Part shown: piece by piece, positions 49,874 through 63,390 of the stretch
Position numbering within the stretch: position 1 is the first letter of the stretch
Layout of the letters: each line of letters starts with the position of its first letter
Assembly (NCBI GenBank): GCA_038087875.1
Contig: CM075992.1
Location: 808,001-872,000, forward strand
Reading direction: 5' to 3'
Origin: Malacoraja senta
Lineage: Eukaryota
Length of the DNA: 64,000 nucleotides
Made by a program: the position numbers and the translations under genes
The notes under the pieces: generated by a model
What the model was told of the DNA's origin: nothing
The model's database searches: none
The model's input: the letters and a program-made list of their open reading frames with translations, nothing else

Positions 49874-52800
49874 ATAGATACATAGAAAATAGGTGCAGGA
49901 GTAGGCCATTCGGCCCTTCGAGCCTGCACCGCCATTCAATATGGTCATGGCTGATCATCCAACTCAGTATCCCGTACCTGCCTTCTCTCCATACCCCCTG
50001 ATCCCTTTAGCCACAAGGGCCACATCTAACTCCCTCTTAAATATAGGCAATGAACTGGCCTCAACTACCCTCTGTGGCAGAGAGTTCCAGAGATTCACCA
50101 CTCTCTGTGTGAAAACGTTTTTTCTCATCTCGGTCTTAAAGGATTTCCCCCTTATCCTTAAGCTGTGACCCCTTGTCCTGGACTTCCCCAACATCGGGAA
50201 CAATCTTCCTGCATCTAGCCTGTCCAACCCCATAAGAATTTTGTACGTTTCTATAAGATCCCCTCTCAATCTCCTAAATTCTAGCGAGTATAAGCCAAGT
50301 CTATCCAGTCTTTCTTCATATGAAAGTCCTGACATCCCAGGAATCAGTCTGGTGAACCTTCTCTGCACTCCCTCTATGGCTATAATGTCCTTCCTCAGAT
50401 TTGGAGACCAAAACTGTACGCAATACTCCAGGTGTGGTCTCACCAAGACCCTGTACAACTGCAGTAGAACCTCCCTGCTCCTATACTCAAATCCTTTTGC
50501 TATGAAAGCTAACATACCATTCGCTTTCTTCACTGCCTGCTGCAACTGCATGCCTACTTTCAATGACTGGTGTACCATGACACCCAGGTCTCGCTGCATC
50601 TCCCCTTTTCCTAATCGGCCACCATTTAGATAATAGTCTGCTTTCCTGTTTTTGCCACCAAAGTGGATAACCTCACATTTATCCACATTATACTGCATCT
50701 GCCAAACATTTGCCCACTCACCCAGCCTATCCAAGTCACCTTGCAGTCTCCTAGCATCCTCCTCACAGCTAACACTGCCCCCCAGCTTAGTGTCATCCGC
50801 AAACTTGGAGATGTTGCCTTCAATTCCCTCATCCAGTTCATTAATATAAATTGTAAATAGCTGGGGTCCCAGCACTGAGCCTTGCGGTACCCCACTAGTC
50901 ACTGCCTGCCATTGTGAAAAGGACCCGTTTACTCCTACTCTTTGCTTCCTGTTTGCCAGGCAGTTCTCTATCCACATCAATACTGAACCCCCAATACCGT
51001 GTGGTTTAAGTTTGTATACTAATCTCTTATGTGGGACCTTGTCGAAAGCCTTCTGAAAGTACAGATACAACACATCCACTGGTTCTCCCCTATCCGCTCT
51101 ACTAGTTACATCCTCGAAAAATTCTATAAGATTCGTCAGACATGATTTACCTTTCGTAAATCCATGCTGACTTTGTCCAATGATTTCACCACTTTCCAAA
51201 TGTGCTGCTATCCCATCTTTAATAACTGACTCTAGCAGTTTCCCCACTACCGATGTTAGACTAACTGGTCTGTAATTCCCCGTTTTCTCTCTCCCTCCCT
51301 TCTTAAAAAGTGGGGTTACGTTTGCTAACCTCCAATCCTCAGGAACTACTCCAGAATCTAAAGAGTTTTGAAAAATTATCACTAATGCATCCACTATTTC
51401 TGGAGCTACTTCCTTAAGTACTCTGGGATGCAGCCTATCTGGCCCTGGTGATTTATCGGCCTTTAATCCATTCAATTTACCCAACACCACTTCCCAACTA
51501 ACCTGGATTTCACTCAGTTCCTCCATCTCCTTTGACCCGCGGTCCCCTGCTATTTCCGGCAGATTATTTATGTCTTCCTTAGTGAAGACGGAACCAAAGT
51601 AGTTATTCCATTGGTCCGCCATATCCTTGTTCCCCATGATCAATTCACCTGTTTCTGACTGCAAGGGACCTACATTTGTTTTAACTAATCTCTTTCTCTT
51701 CACATATCTATAAAACCTTTGCAGTCAGTTTTTATGTTCCCTGCCAGTTTTCTTTCATAATCTATTTTTCCTTTCCTAATTAAGCCCTTTGTCCTCCTCT
51801 GCGGGTCTCTGAATTTCTCCCAGTCCTCTGGTATGCTGCTTTTTCTGGCTAATTTGTACGCATCATCTTTTGCTTTGATACTATCCCTGATTTCCCTTGT
51901 TCCCTTGTTACCTTCCCTGATTTATTATTTTGCCAAACTGGGATGAACAATTTTTGTAGTTCATCCATGCAGTCTTTAAATGCCTTCCATTGCATATCCA
52001 CCGTCAACCCTTTTAGAACTAATTGCCAGTCAATCTTGGCCAATTCACGTCTCATACCCTCAAAGTTACCTTTCTTTAAGTTCAGAACCGTTGTTTCTGA
52101 ATTAACAATGTCACTCTCCATCCTAATGAAGAACTCAACCATATTATGGTCACTCTTGCTCAAGGGTGCGCACACAACAAGACTGCTAACTAACCCTTCC
52201 TCATTACTCAATACCCAGTCTAGAATAGCCTGCTCTCTTGTTGGTTCCTCTACATGTTGGTTTAGATAACTATTCCGCATACATTCCAAGAAATCCTCTT
52301 CCTCAGCACCCCTGCCAATTTGATTCACCCAATCTATATGTAGATTGAAGTCACCCATTATAACTGTTTTGCCTTTGTTGCACGCATTTCTAATTTCCTG
52401 TTTGATGCCATCCCCAACTTCACTACTACTGCTAGGTGGCCTGTACACAACACTCACCAGTGTTTTCTGCCCCTTAATGTTTTGCAGCTCTACCCATACC
52501 GATTCCACATCCTCCAAGCTAATGTCCTTCCTTTCCACTGCGTTAATCTCCTCTCTAACCAGCAACGCTACTCCACCACCTTTTCCTTTCTCTCTATCCC
52601 TCCTGAATATTGAATATCCCTGGATGTTCAGCTCCCAGCCTTGGTCACCCTGGAGCCATGTCTCCGTGATCCCAACTATATCATAATCATTAATAGCTAT
52701 CTGCACGTTCAACTCATCCACCTTATTACGAATGCTCCTTGCATTGAGACACAAAGCCTTCAGGCTTGTTTTTACAACGCTCTTACCCCTTATACAATTA

Positions 52801-53110
52801 TGTTGAAAAGTGGCCCTTTTTGATTTTTGCCCTGGATTTGCCTGCCTGCCACTTTTACTTTTCACCTTGCTACCTATTGCTTCCGCCCGCATTTTACACC
52901 TCTGTTTCTCTGCTCACCCATTTAAGAACCCCACCACCTCTTATTCTCTGTTTATTATTGTTTTCTTCTTTCCCCCCTACATGTTGGGTCTGAGTGCTTT
53001 CCTTCTCTGCCTCCTGCCTCACACACGGTCTAATAGCATTCTCTATTTGAGTCCCTCCCCCCAACCATTCTAGTTTAAAGTCTCCCCAGTAGCCTTTGCA
53101 GATCTCCCCC
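49874..53110 (-). mobile_element. CR1 LINE, 5'-truncated, with APE endonuclease and RT; disrupted between the two domains
   Basis: ORFs 51849-52892 (LNARSI, ITETW, GDFN, SDH) and 49964-51703 (GVPQGSVLGP, FADD); frame breaks between them. Confidence 0.95.
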
Positions 53111-53888
53111 ATCCTTCTTGGCTGTATCCAACTTCCATTCCAGGACATCCACATTTTAATTCCCTAATGTTTCAAGATCCCTGGAGCAACAATTAACTCA
53201 AAATTGCAGGAAATCATTCTCTTGAGAATAAGTGAAACTTCCTCCATAATTTTCCAACCGCTCAGAAGAGAGGGATTATCTCAGCTCTAAGGTACACAAA
53301 AATGCTGGAGAAACTCAGCGGGTGCAGCAGCATCTATGGAGCGAAGGAAACAGGCAACGTTTTGGGCCGAAACCCTTCTTCAGATTACCATCAGCTCTAG
53401 ATTACCATGTGAAGTGGAAGTATCCTGTGACTTAATCTACAAATAGAATAACTAGGTTAAACCAAAATACACAGTTGGATTAGTATCAGGCAATGTATTC
53501 TTCCCTTCAAATCTAGTCTCTCGTTTCCCTTATTTCTAACCAGTCCGAAGAAGGGTGTCGACCAGAAACGTCACCCATTCCTTCTCTCCAGAGATGCTGC
53601 CTGTCCCGCTAAGTTACTTCAGCTTTTTGTGTCTATCTTCAGTTTAAACCAGCATCTGCAGTTCCTTCCTACACAGAAAATCCCTGATCAGTCTATGATA
53701 AAGTGGTAAATTGTCCTTAATGGCCCCAGTATAATTAGTGGCAGAGATAGTCAGAGACAGAATTAGCAGCCCAGGGTCCCAAACGGTGGGACCCTCGTCT
53801 TTAAGTGTAGAGTGATTAATTGGTGGAGAGTAATGATTTAATTAACCCTGGAGTAATAACGTTTTACTTTGTAACAATGATACTGTCT

Positions 53889-54322
53889 TAGACAATAGAC
53901 AACAGACAATAGGTACAATTTGGCCCTTCGAGCCAGCACCGCCATTCAATGTGATCATGGCTGATCATCCCCAATCAGTACCCCGTTCCTGCCTTCTCCC
54001 CATATCCCCTGACTCTGCTATTTTTAAGAGCCCTATCTAGCTCTCTCTTGAAAGCATCCAGAGAACCTGCCTCCACCACCCTCTGAGGCAGAGAATTCCA
54101 CAGACTCACCACTCTCTGTGAGAAAAAGTGTTTCCTCGTCTCCGTTCTAAATGGCTTACTCCTTATTCTTAAACTGTGGCCCCTGGTTCTGGACTCTCCC
54201 AACATCGGGAACATGTTTCCTTCCTCTAGCATGTCCAAGCCCTTAACAATCTTATATGTTTCAATGAGATAACCTCTCATCCTTCTAAACTCCAGAGTGT
54301 ACAAGCCCAGCTGCTCCATTCT
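53889..54322 (-). mobile_element. CR1 LINE 3' fragment of another subfamily
   Basis: ORF 53975-54319; (agacaat)n tail. Confidence 0.85.
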
Positions 54323-54604
54323 CCTTCTAGTGTCACACTAGGTATAATGAGACCTCTCCTTGCAGTGAGACACGAGTCCTCTGTATCTGATACATGTTTA
54401 CTCATCATTGACTGTCCAGTTGTGCACCTGTGTTTAACGTGTATGTTTTAACATGTGCAGGGTTGTCTCTATGTTGATCCTAATACTTAGGACACTTCTT
54501 TCTATCATTTTCTTATCTTGTTTTAGCCAGTTTAGTCACCATCCATTTAAACTGTGGTGAGAAAGTCTGCAGCTTTTGGTATGGAGTAAAAGGGCAATGT
54601 TTAT

Positions 54605-56200
54605 GATTAAAGGCCGATAAATCACCAGGGCCAGATAGGCTGCATCCCAGAGTACTTAAGGAAGTAGCTCCAGAAATAGTGGATGCATTAGTGATAATTT
54701 TTCAAAACTCTTTAGATTCTGGAGTAGTTCCTGAGGATTGGAGGGTAGCAAACGTAACCCCACTTTTTAAGAAGGGAGGGAGAGAGAAAACGGGGAATTA
54801 CAGACCAGTTAGTCTAACATCGGTAGTGGGGAAACTGCTAGAGTCAGTTATTAAAGATGGGATAGCAGCACATTTGGAAAGTGGTGAAATCATTGGACAA
54901 AGTCAGCATGGATTTACGAAAGGTAAATCGTGTCTGACGAATCTTATAGAATTTTTCGAGGATGTAACTAGTAGAGTGGATAGGGGAGAACCAGTGGATG
55001 TGTTGTATCTGGACTTTCAGAAGGCTTTCGACAAGGTACCACATAAGAGATTAGGATACAAACTTAAATCACACGGTATTGGGGGTTCAGTATTGATGTG
55101 GATAGAGAACTGGCTGGCAAACAGGAAGCAAAGAGTAGGAGTAAACGGGTCCTTTTCACAATGGCAGGCAGTGACTAGTGGGGTACCACAAGGCTCAGTG
55201 CTGGGACCCCAGCTATTTACAATTTATATTAATGATCTGGACGAGGGAATTGAAAGCAACATCTCCAAGTTTGCGGATGACACTAAGCTGGGGGGCAGTG
55301 TTAGCTGTGAGGAGGATGCTAGGAGACTGCAAGGTGACTTGGATAGGCTGGGTGAGTGGGCAAATGTTTGGCAGATGCAGTATAATGTGGATAAATGTGA
55401 GGTTATCCACTTTGGTAGCAAAAACGGGAAGGCAGACTATTATCTAAATGGTGGCCGATTAGGAAATGGGGAGATGCAGCGAGACCTGGGTGTCATGGTA
55501 CACCAGTCATTGAAAGTAGGCATGCAGGTGCAGCAGGCAGTGAAGAAAGCGAATGGTATGTTGGCCTTCATAGCAAGAGGATTTGAGTATAGGAGCAGTG
55601 AGGTTCTACTGCAGTTGTACAGGGTCTTGGTGAGACCACACCTGGAGTATTGCGTACAGTTTTGGTCTCCAAATCTGAGGAAGGACATTATAGCCATAGA
55701 GGGAGTGCAGAGAAGATTCACCAGACTGATTCCTGGGATGTCAGGACTTTCATATGAAGAAAGACTGGATAGACTTGGCTTATACTCGCTAGAATTTAGG
55801 AGATTGAGAGGGGATCTTATAGAAACGTACAAGATTCTTATGGGGTTGGACAGGCTAGATGCAGGAAGATTGTTCCCGATGTTGGGGAAGTCCAGGACAA
55901 GGGGTCACAGCTTAAGGATAAGAGGAAAATCCTTTAAGACCGAGATGAGGAAAAACTTTTTCACACAGAGAGTGGTGAATCTCTGGAACTCTCTGCCACA
56001 GAGGGTAGTTGAGGCCAGTTCATTGGCTATATTTAAGAGGGAATTAGATGTGGCCCTTGTGGCTAAAGGGATCAGGGGGTATGGAGAGAAGGCAGGTACG
56101 GGATACTGAGTTGGATGATCAGCCATGATCGTATTGAATGGCGGTGCAGGCTCGAAGGGCTGAATGGCCTACTCCTGCACCTAATTTCTATGTATCTATG
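54605..56200 (+). mobile_element. CR1 LINE, 5'-truncated RT half; near-identical inverted copy of 49874-51468
   Basis: Open ORF 54679-56109 with YLDFQKAFD and FADD. Confidence 0.95.
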
Positions 56201-59200
56201 TTTGTTAATTCCTGTTTTCATTGACATTCAGGGTCTAATGCAAAATACTTAGACACAAGTCTCGACGCGAAACGTCACCCATTCCTTCACAGTAGTACGG
56301 GTGTCAGTGGTTATGGGTAGAAAGCAGGAGTATGGAGTTAGGAGGGAGAGATAGATCAGCCATGATTGAATGGAGTAGACTTGATGGGCCGAATGGCCTA
56401 ATTCTGCTCCTATCACTTATGAACTTATGAAATTGCTGCCTGACAGCGTCAAAGACCCAGAGGTTAGATCCTGACTGGGGGTGCTGTCTGTACAGAGAAA
56501 CCCTGTGACTGCATGGGTTTTCTCTGGGTGCTCCGGTTTCCTCCCACACTCCAAAGGGGCTTACATAAAGTGAACAGTATTTTCCCCAGGAATCTACAAC
56601 TAGAAGGAACAGGTTACAGTGAACAGGTTACCGGGCCAAGTTTTTTTACATAGAAGGTACATGGTGTGTACATGAAATGAACTGCTCGAAGTACTGGCAG
56701 AGGTTGGTACAATTATGATGTTTAAAAGGCAGGTACAAGGGTGGGACAGGTTTGGAGGGACATGGGCAAGTGGGACTAGCTTGGTTAGGCAACTTGGTGG
56801 GCATGGGTGAGTTGGGCCAAAGGGCCTGTTTCTGTGCTATATAGCTCTATGACTATAAAGTGATGACTTTCATTGAGAAAATAAAGAGGAACACAAGATA
56901 ACTACATTTGTATACATTTTTTATTGAAAATTGAAAGGTACTAAACATAGATTTAAACACAGGAAATATTAAATACCATCATAAAGGTTTCTGGGCATTG
57001 CAAGGAAAATGAATGATGTCTGGGATAAATCAGCCAAAATAAAGAGACTTGCCAGAGTCAAGGATTCCCCAGAGAAAATATATATTTTTAAGATTTTTTT
57101 TTTAAAAACCTGACTTTCTACATAATTAAATACCAGGTACTTATAAAACTCCAACCACCTTGTTTATTTTTATATCAACACTGATCCTGAAGTTGTGAGG
57201 TGTCAGGTTGTGAGGAACAAAGTGATGGACAGAGAGAGCTGAGCTGTTGAGGAAAGGTACTGTGTGGGAAGGAACTGCAGATGCTGGTTTAAACCGAAGA
57301 CAGAAACAAAAAGCTGGAGTAACTCAGCGGGACAGGCAACATCTCTGGGGAGAAGGAATGGGTGACGTTTTGGGTCGAGACCCTTTTTCAGAAACGTCAC
57401 CCATTCCTTCTCTCCAGCGATGCTGCCTGCCCCGCTGAGTTACTCCAGCTTTTTGTGTGTATCTAAGGAAAGGTAGCGTTGTCTTTGGTTACTTTAGGCA
57501 GAAACAGATGAGTACAGACAATGGTTACTGCTCGGTTTTCACTGCTGAAGGCACTGACCCTTGCTAACCTCAGCAAGGAGCAGCAGAGCAGGGAAGGTCC
57601 AGACACCTCAGAGGGTACAGGTTAGCGGAGGAAGAGCTGATGCTGACGGGGGCAGCTTCCGAATCATTAGCTTCTTATTCACATCAATGGATTGGGCTCA
57701 GAAACTCAACGCAGCTAGGTCAAGTTTGCAGACAGCACTGAAGTGCGAGGGATGGTGAAGACAAAAGGGAAGAGGTCAGAGATTAGGGCGCGATGGGCAA
57801 AATGCGCTAGCGGATAGTACAGTGCGCTGGAACAGGTTGGAATGACACCATTACCCACACGCTGAGGCAAGGGACGTCCTCCTAAGCAACTAGATGAGTG
57901 CACAGCTGATTAAACCCACGGGGACCAAAACAGCTATGATCGCAAGGATAGCACCAACAGAAATTAAACGGTAAGAGAGAAAAATTCCTCTTTCTGGTGT
58001 AAAGAGGAATAAAATATGTGCACCAGGTGAACTCTGATGAAGGTGAGGCAACACCGAATGAAATGGGAAACAAACCCAGGAGTATTGGTGACACAGGAGG
58101 CTGCAGATGCTGGAATGTGAATCCACAAACAGTGTGCTGGAGGAACTCAGTGGTTCAAGCAGCATCTTCACAAAGGGTTGCTACCCAAAAGGTTGACTAA
58201 TCCTTTCTACCCCCAGATGCTGAGTTCTCCAGCTGATTGCTAGTTGCTCCAGGTAGGGAACCAGGTAGACTGTTCCTCTGGAATCTCAAAGAGGGTGACA
58301 ATGTTCCTTGTACAAGGTGAATTTCCACAATAACCTATTCAATGATCATATTGAATGGCGATGCTGGCTCGAAGGGCCTATTCCTGTACCTATTTTCTAT
58401 GTAACCTGGTTGGACTCAGACACACTGGCTAATAACAGACTGGTCCTCTAAAGCAGAACCATGACGTGCCACAGAAGGATTAAAGAGAAAAAGCCGATGC
58501 ACAAGAGGCTGCAGTGGCTGTAGTCTGGAGCGTGAAATAAACGGCTGGGGGAACTCAGTAGCTGAGCTGGCTCCACAGATTGGTTCCTCCAGCAGTCTGC
58601 GTTTTACTCAAGGCCGCAGTTTGAAGCTGACCCAGGTCCTGGCTAAACAGAAGGTGCTGGAGTAACTCAGGCGGGTCAGGCAGCATCTCCGGGGGAAAAG
58701 GAATAGGTGAGGTTTCGGGTCGGAACCCAGGTCCCCGGCTGCCTGATGGTTACACGGCGACGGTAACAGTGGCAGCAACGAGCTGGAACCAGGGTCTGGC
58801 CAACCCTGCCTTCAAGGTTGGCTTTGGGAAGGCTCACCCAGGGAACAAAGGTGGGTGTGTGAGCAGAGGAGGCAAGTTGCTGGTCAACCAAGGGAAGGCA
58901 ATGGTTGTAGAACTGCAGCAGCCCGAGGCTGGTCATAGCAACCGGGTCGTGGACTGGACTTGGAAAATGGTGCCCAACTTGGTGCCTATCGGGGGGGGGG
59001 TAAGGTGATACTCTACTGGACTGTTTGTAAGAAAATAATTTCACTGTGTGTTTGCACTTTGCACATGTGACAAAAAAAGCTCCATTGATCCATTGGGGGA
59101 CAGTGAATGCTCAGAGCCACGTCATGTGGGCTCGGCAGGAAGTTTGGAGTAAAGGAAGCACACACTCCGGGAAGTATCAGGAGTAGGATGGTGTGACATG

Positions 59201-60031
59201 CTTGACGTCAGTTTGGTAAACTGCTTCATTGTAACATTTTCCAGATTTCCATCCAAAAATCAAAATGTTTCCTGGCACCCACCTCTGCAATGTTTGAACA
59301 GTAAATATTCTTGAAACCCCTGCACCTTGGAGCAGTGGGCAGGAGTTGTGAAGAATGCAACGGGCATACACCCTATGTGCAGGCACTGCCAACACCGACA
59401 GTCTGTGAGAGGAGCAAGCACATGTGTCAGGGGTTATGGGGAGAAGGCAGGAGAATGGGGTTAGGAGGGAGAGATAGATCAGCACTGATTGAATGGTGGA
59501 GTAGACCTGATGGGCCGAATGGCCTAATTCTGCTCCTATCCCTTATGACATCTACCTCCTCTCCCACATCCCCCTGGTTTTGCAACGAGGTGCTTGCTGT
59601 TGATAGTGTTTCACCAGGTATGGAAGCGGAGGCCGATTTCCCCAGGATGCCCACAGGCAGAGATATAGCACCGGCACAGGTTAGAACGACATATCATTAC
59701 GCACGTTAAGGCAAGGGACTTCCACCCAAGCAACTAGTTAGCACACAGCTAATTAAACCCATTGGGACCAAAACAGCTATGACTGCCAGGATAGCACCAA
59801 CAGACATTAAATAGTAAAAAATACATTTAATAAAAGACATATTGGTATTTGCATGATATTGAAAGTGAAGACAGAAATGTGATCAGTACTGGCTGATATC
59901 ACATCAGTTATAAACCCCTTGATCGACCAAAGTCAATAGAACTCGATAATGCTGCAATATCACGTGTCCGTTTTTGCTACTTTGGCCCTGCAAAGGAGCT
60001 CAATCATATTGAGGTGAATCATGTCTGTCTC

Positions 60032-60037
60032 TTTATT
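60032..60037 (-). terminator. Candidate proximal COLGALT1 polyA signal (possible distal one at 56920-56925)
   Basis: AATAAA on the minus strand about 225 nt after the stop codon. Confidence 0.4.
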
Positions 60038-60261
60038 AATTATATACATTGAGGCACACAACGAATTAATCGACAGTTATCTCAGCAAATCCGCCCCCCC
60101 ACACCCCCCCCCCCCCCCCCCCCCCGCCCGTGGGTGTAACCACAGAGACGGCCGTTACCTGGCCTAGTATTGGTTTGGAAGACATCTCAACTGAAACACG
60201 GCACGTTGCTGTGCCGGCTCCTGCATGTAAAGGGCCACTGCACGGGGGTGACGACCGGTGG

Positions 60262-60529
60262 TCACAGCTCGTCTCTGGAGGCCGAGCCGATGGGCGAATG
60301 CGACACGTCCAGGTTCTGGGCCGCCTCCCGGATCTTCACCTGCTCCCTGGTCTTCTGAGACTTGGCACGGTCCCAGTCAGTCTTTTGCTTCTCGTTGTTC
60401 CACACCGTGGAGGTCTCGGTGTCGCTGACGTAGCCCGCCTCGCCCGTGTAATGCGTGGGGTAGATCAGGAGAGGCTCCACCGAGAAAGCCTTCAGATCCC
60501 GCTTTTCAAAGAGATCCAGGTACTTGGGT
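60262..60529 (-). CDS. COLGALT1: COLGALT1 last exon (..PKYLDLFEKRDLKAFSVEPLLIYPTHYTG..SRDEL*)
   Basis: Acceptor ccattag; matches procollagen galactosyltransferase 1; C-terminal RDEL ER-retention signal; NXNL1 synteny favours paralogue 1. Confidence 0.9.
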
Positions 60530-61085
60530 CTAATGGAGGAACAGAAAGTTTAGATAATTAGAAGATAGGCACAAAATGTAACTCAGCGGGACAGGCAGCA
60601 TCTCTGGACAGAAGGAATGGGTGACGTTACGGGTCCAGACCCTTCTTCAGACTGATGTTGAAACTAAGTTCAAACTAACTTTTATTCCAAAGATGCGCGG
60701 GTTTGTAGATCTGAAAAAGGGTTTCGGCCCGAAACGTTGCCTATCTCCTTCGCTCCATAGATGCTGCTGCACCCGCTGAGTTTCTCCAGCATTTTTGTCT
60801 ACGTTCGATTTTCCAGCATCTGCAGTTCCTTCTTAAACAGGTTTGTAGGTTAATTGGCTTCTGTAAATTGTCCCTAGAGTGTAGGATGATTGTTGGTCGA
60901 CGTGGGCTCGATGGGTCGAAGGGCCAGTTTCAACACTGTATCTCAAAAGATAAAACTAAACCCTGTCCAAATCTCTTTCAAATGTTGTTCTAGTACCTGC
61001 CTCCACTGGCAGCTCATTCCATGTACCCCACCACCATCCCCTCTCCCCAATATGTCATCGCTCCCTCTCATCACCTGGTACTTAC

Positions 61086-61292
61086 TCTGGGTGTTTGTCG
61101 TACATCACGGGTAGAAATTCATCCACTGGCAGCATCTTTTCAAAGGGTTTGGCATCAATGAGTTTCTTTGCTCCTTGCAGCGAGAGGGCGTAGGCTAAAG
61201 TCCAGTAGGAGTAGTCGGCCTCGACTAGATTACGGATGCCAGGTACTGCTCGCTCCGGGTGATCCACCTGCATTCGTTTCCGGCCAATGTAT
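61086..61292 (-). CDS. COLGALT1: COLGALT1 penultimate exon ([38 protein letters not shown])
   Basis: 207 nt, AG/GT; GT25-family motifs. Confidence 0.93.
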
Positions 61293-61319
61293 CTGCAGGA
61301 AAAAGAAACACAATCACAG

Positions 61320-61655
61320 GAGGATGTCTCCACTAGTGGGAGAGTCTAGGACCAGAGGTCACAGCCTCAGAATTAAAGGATGTTCCTTTAGGAAGGAGAT
61401 GAAGGAGAATTTATTTAGTCAGAGGGAGGTGAATCTGTGGAATTTGTTGCCACAGAAGGCTGTGGAGACGAAGTCAATGGATATTTTTAAGGCAGAGATA
61501 GATAGATTCTTGATTAGTATGGGTGTCAGGGGTTATGGGGAAAAGGCAGGAGAATGGGGTTAGGAGGGAGAGATAGATCATCCATGATTGAATGGCAGAG
61601 TAGACTTGATGGGCTGAATGGCCTAATTCTGCTCCTATCATGTATGACCTTATGA
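61320..61655 (+). mobile_element. CR1 LINE 3' fragment
   Basis: Same family as 43280-43635. Confidence 0.8.
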
Positions 61656-62772
61656 GATCAAAGCAAAGTCTGACCCTGGGGAAGGGGGAAGATAGTTCAT
61701 GCATTTTTATTTTATTTTCCTAAATGTGAAATAATTTATCAAATTTATTAGCCTTCCAATTTGTTTTTATTGTTTTTGAATGCTTCTGAATTGTGCTTAA
61801 ATAAATTTAATAGCTCGGTAAATCAAGAGGCATGGTCTAGCTGACTCAGAGACTTTTCCAGTAGCTTTGCAGACAGTGCTTATTCTGTGTTGTAAGATCA
61901 CAAGAGGAATAGACAGGATGAATACAGAGTGTTTTACCCAGAGTAGGGAAATCAACAACCAGGGGACATAGGTTGAAGCTGAGAGGGGCAAGATTTAATA
62001 GGAACCTGAGGGACAACTTATTATACCTGAGGGGTATATGCTGCCAGAGGTGGCAGATGAGGCAGGTAACATAACACGACACAGTTAATTTAAATGTAAA
62101 TTGACCCTAGTGTGTAGGATTGTGATTGTGTGCGGGGATCGTTGGTCGATGCGATCTCGGTGGGCCGAAGGGCCTGTTTCCGTGCTGTATCTCTAAACTA
62201 AATGAAACAATATTGAAAGGATAGACACAAAATGCTGGAGTAACTCAGCGGGACAGACAGCATTTCTGGAGAGAAGGAATGGGTGACGTTTTGGGCCGAG
62301 ACCCTTCAGATCAGTCCGAAGAAGCGTCTTGACCCGAAACGTCACCCATTCCTTCTCTCCAGAGATGCTGCCTGTCCCCCTGAGTTACTCCAGCATTTTG
62401 TGTCCACCTTCGATATAAACCAGCATCTGCAGTTCTTTCCTACACAATATTTAAAAGATATTGGACAGGTACATGGATAGGAAAGGCTTAGAGGGATATG
62501 AACCAAAGGTCGACCTGTCCAATAAATATCGTCTTTCCCAATGGGTCCTGTAAATGACCCCATGGGAGATGGTAGACAAAAAAGCTGGAGAAACTCAGCG
62601 GGTGAGGCAGCATCTATGGAGACGATGGTGAGATGGTACCGGTACTCTGCCATGCTGTTGGGTGGGGCGGGACGTTTCTGCACTTACATTGAGCTGGTGG
62701 CATGGAGGGCCTCAAATAACAAAGCTGTCCAATTGCAAAGCAAGAGCTACCGTTTTCTCCCGACTCACTCAC

Positions 62773-62900
62773 ATCAGATCCCAGTCGAGTTTGGCTTTCT
62801 CCATTTCCTTCATCAGGTACATCAGTCTTCGCTTGAAGAAGATTTCAAACCGCAGATCATCTTCAAACACGACTGACTTTTTCAATCCTCGTTCAACGAT
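62773..62900 (-). CDS. COLGALT1: COLGALT1 antepenultimate exon ([43 protein letters not shown])
   Basis: 128 nt, AG/GT; FEDD motif; phase 2 matches the next exon. Confidence 0.93.
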
Positions 62901-62974
62901 CTGTGGAATAGCGGCGGGGCAGAGCGAGAGGTGTTACACCACACAACCGGAAACTAAATGCTATTACCTGCAAT

Positions 62975-63390
62975 AGACACAAAGTGCTGGAGGAACTCAG
63001 CGGGTCAGGCAGCTTCTCTGGAGAGAAGGAATAGGTGACGTTTCACAGAATGCTGGAGTAACTCAGCGGGTCAGACAGCATCTCTGGAGAGAAGGAATGG
63101 GTGACGTTTCGGGTCGAAACCTTTCTTCAGACTGATACCTGCCACGCTTTGTCCTGCGCTTCCGCACATCAACTTTCTCTTCCAACCCTCCCTCTACAAT
63201 TAGTCTGAAGAAGGGTCCCGACCTGAAATGTCACCTATCCATGTTCTCCACAGATGCTGCCTGACCCGCTGAGTTACTCCAGCACTCTGTGAAACGTCAC
63301 CTATCCATGTTCTCCACAGATGCTGCCTGACCCGCTGAGTTACTCCAGCGCTCTGTGTAAAAGCAGTGTCTACAGTTCCTTGTTTCTACA
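62975..63390. mobile_element. Inverted-arm Penelope-derived element with two outward-facing hammerhead-like cores
   Basis: Inverted arms around a short spacer; cores at 63103-63130 (-) and 63205-63232 (+). Confidence 0.65.

Noticed and set aside
49964..56109. Large RT/endonuclease ORFs as host genes
   Set aside because: Standard truncated CR1 ORF2 sequences with CR1 3' tails.
57900..57930. Possible miR-133 gene (TTTGGTCCCC...CAGCTG on the minus strand)
   Set aside because: The central bases differ, with a 5-nt insertion, and I could not see the miR-133 5' arm or precursor hairpin.
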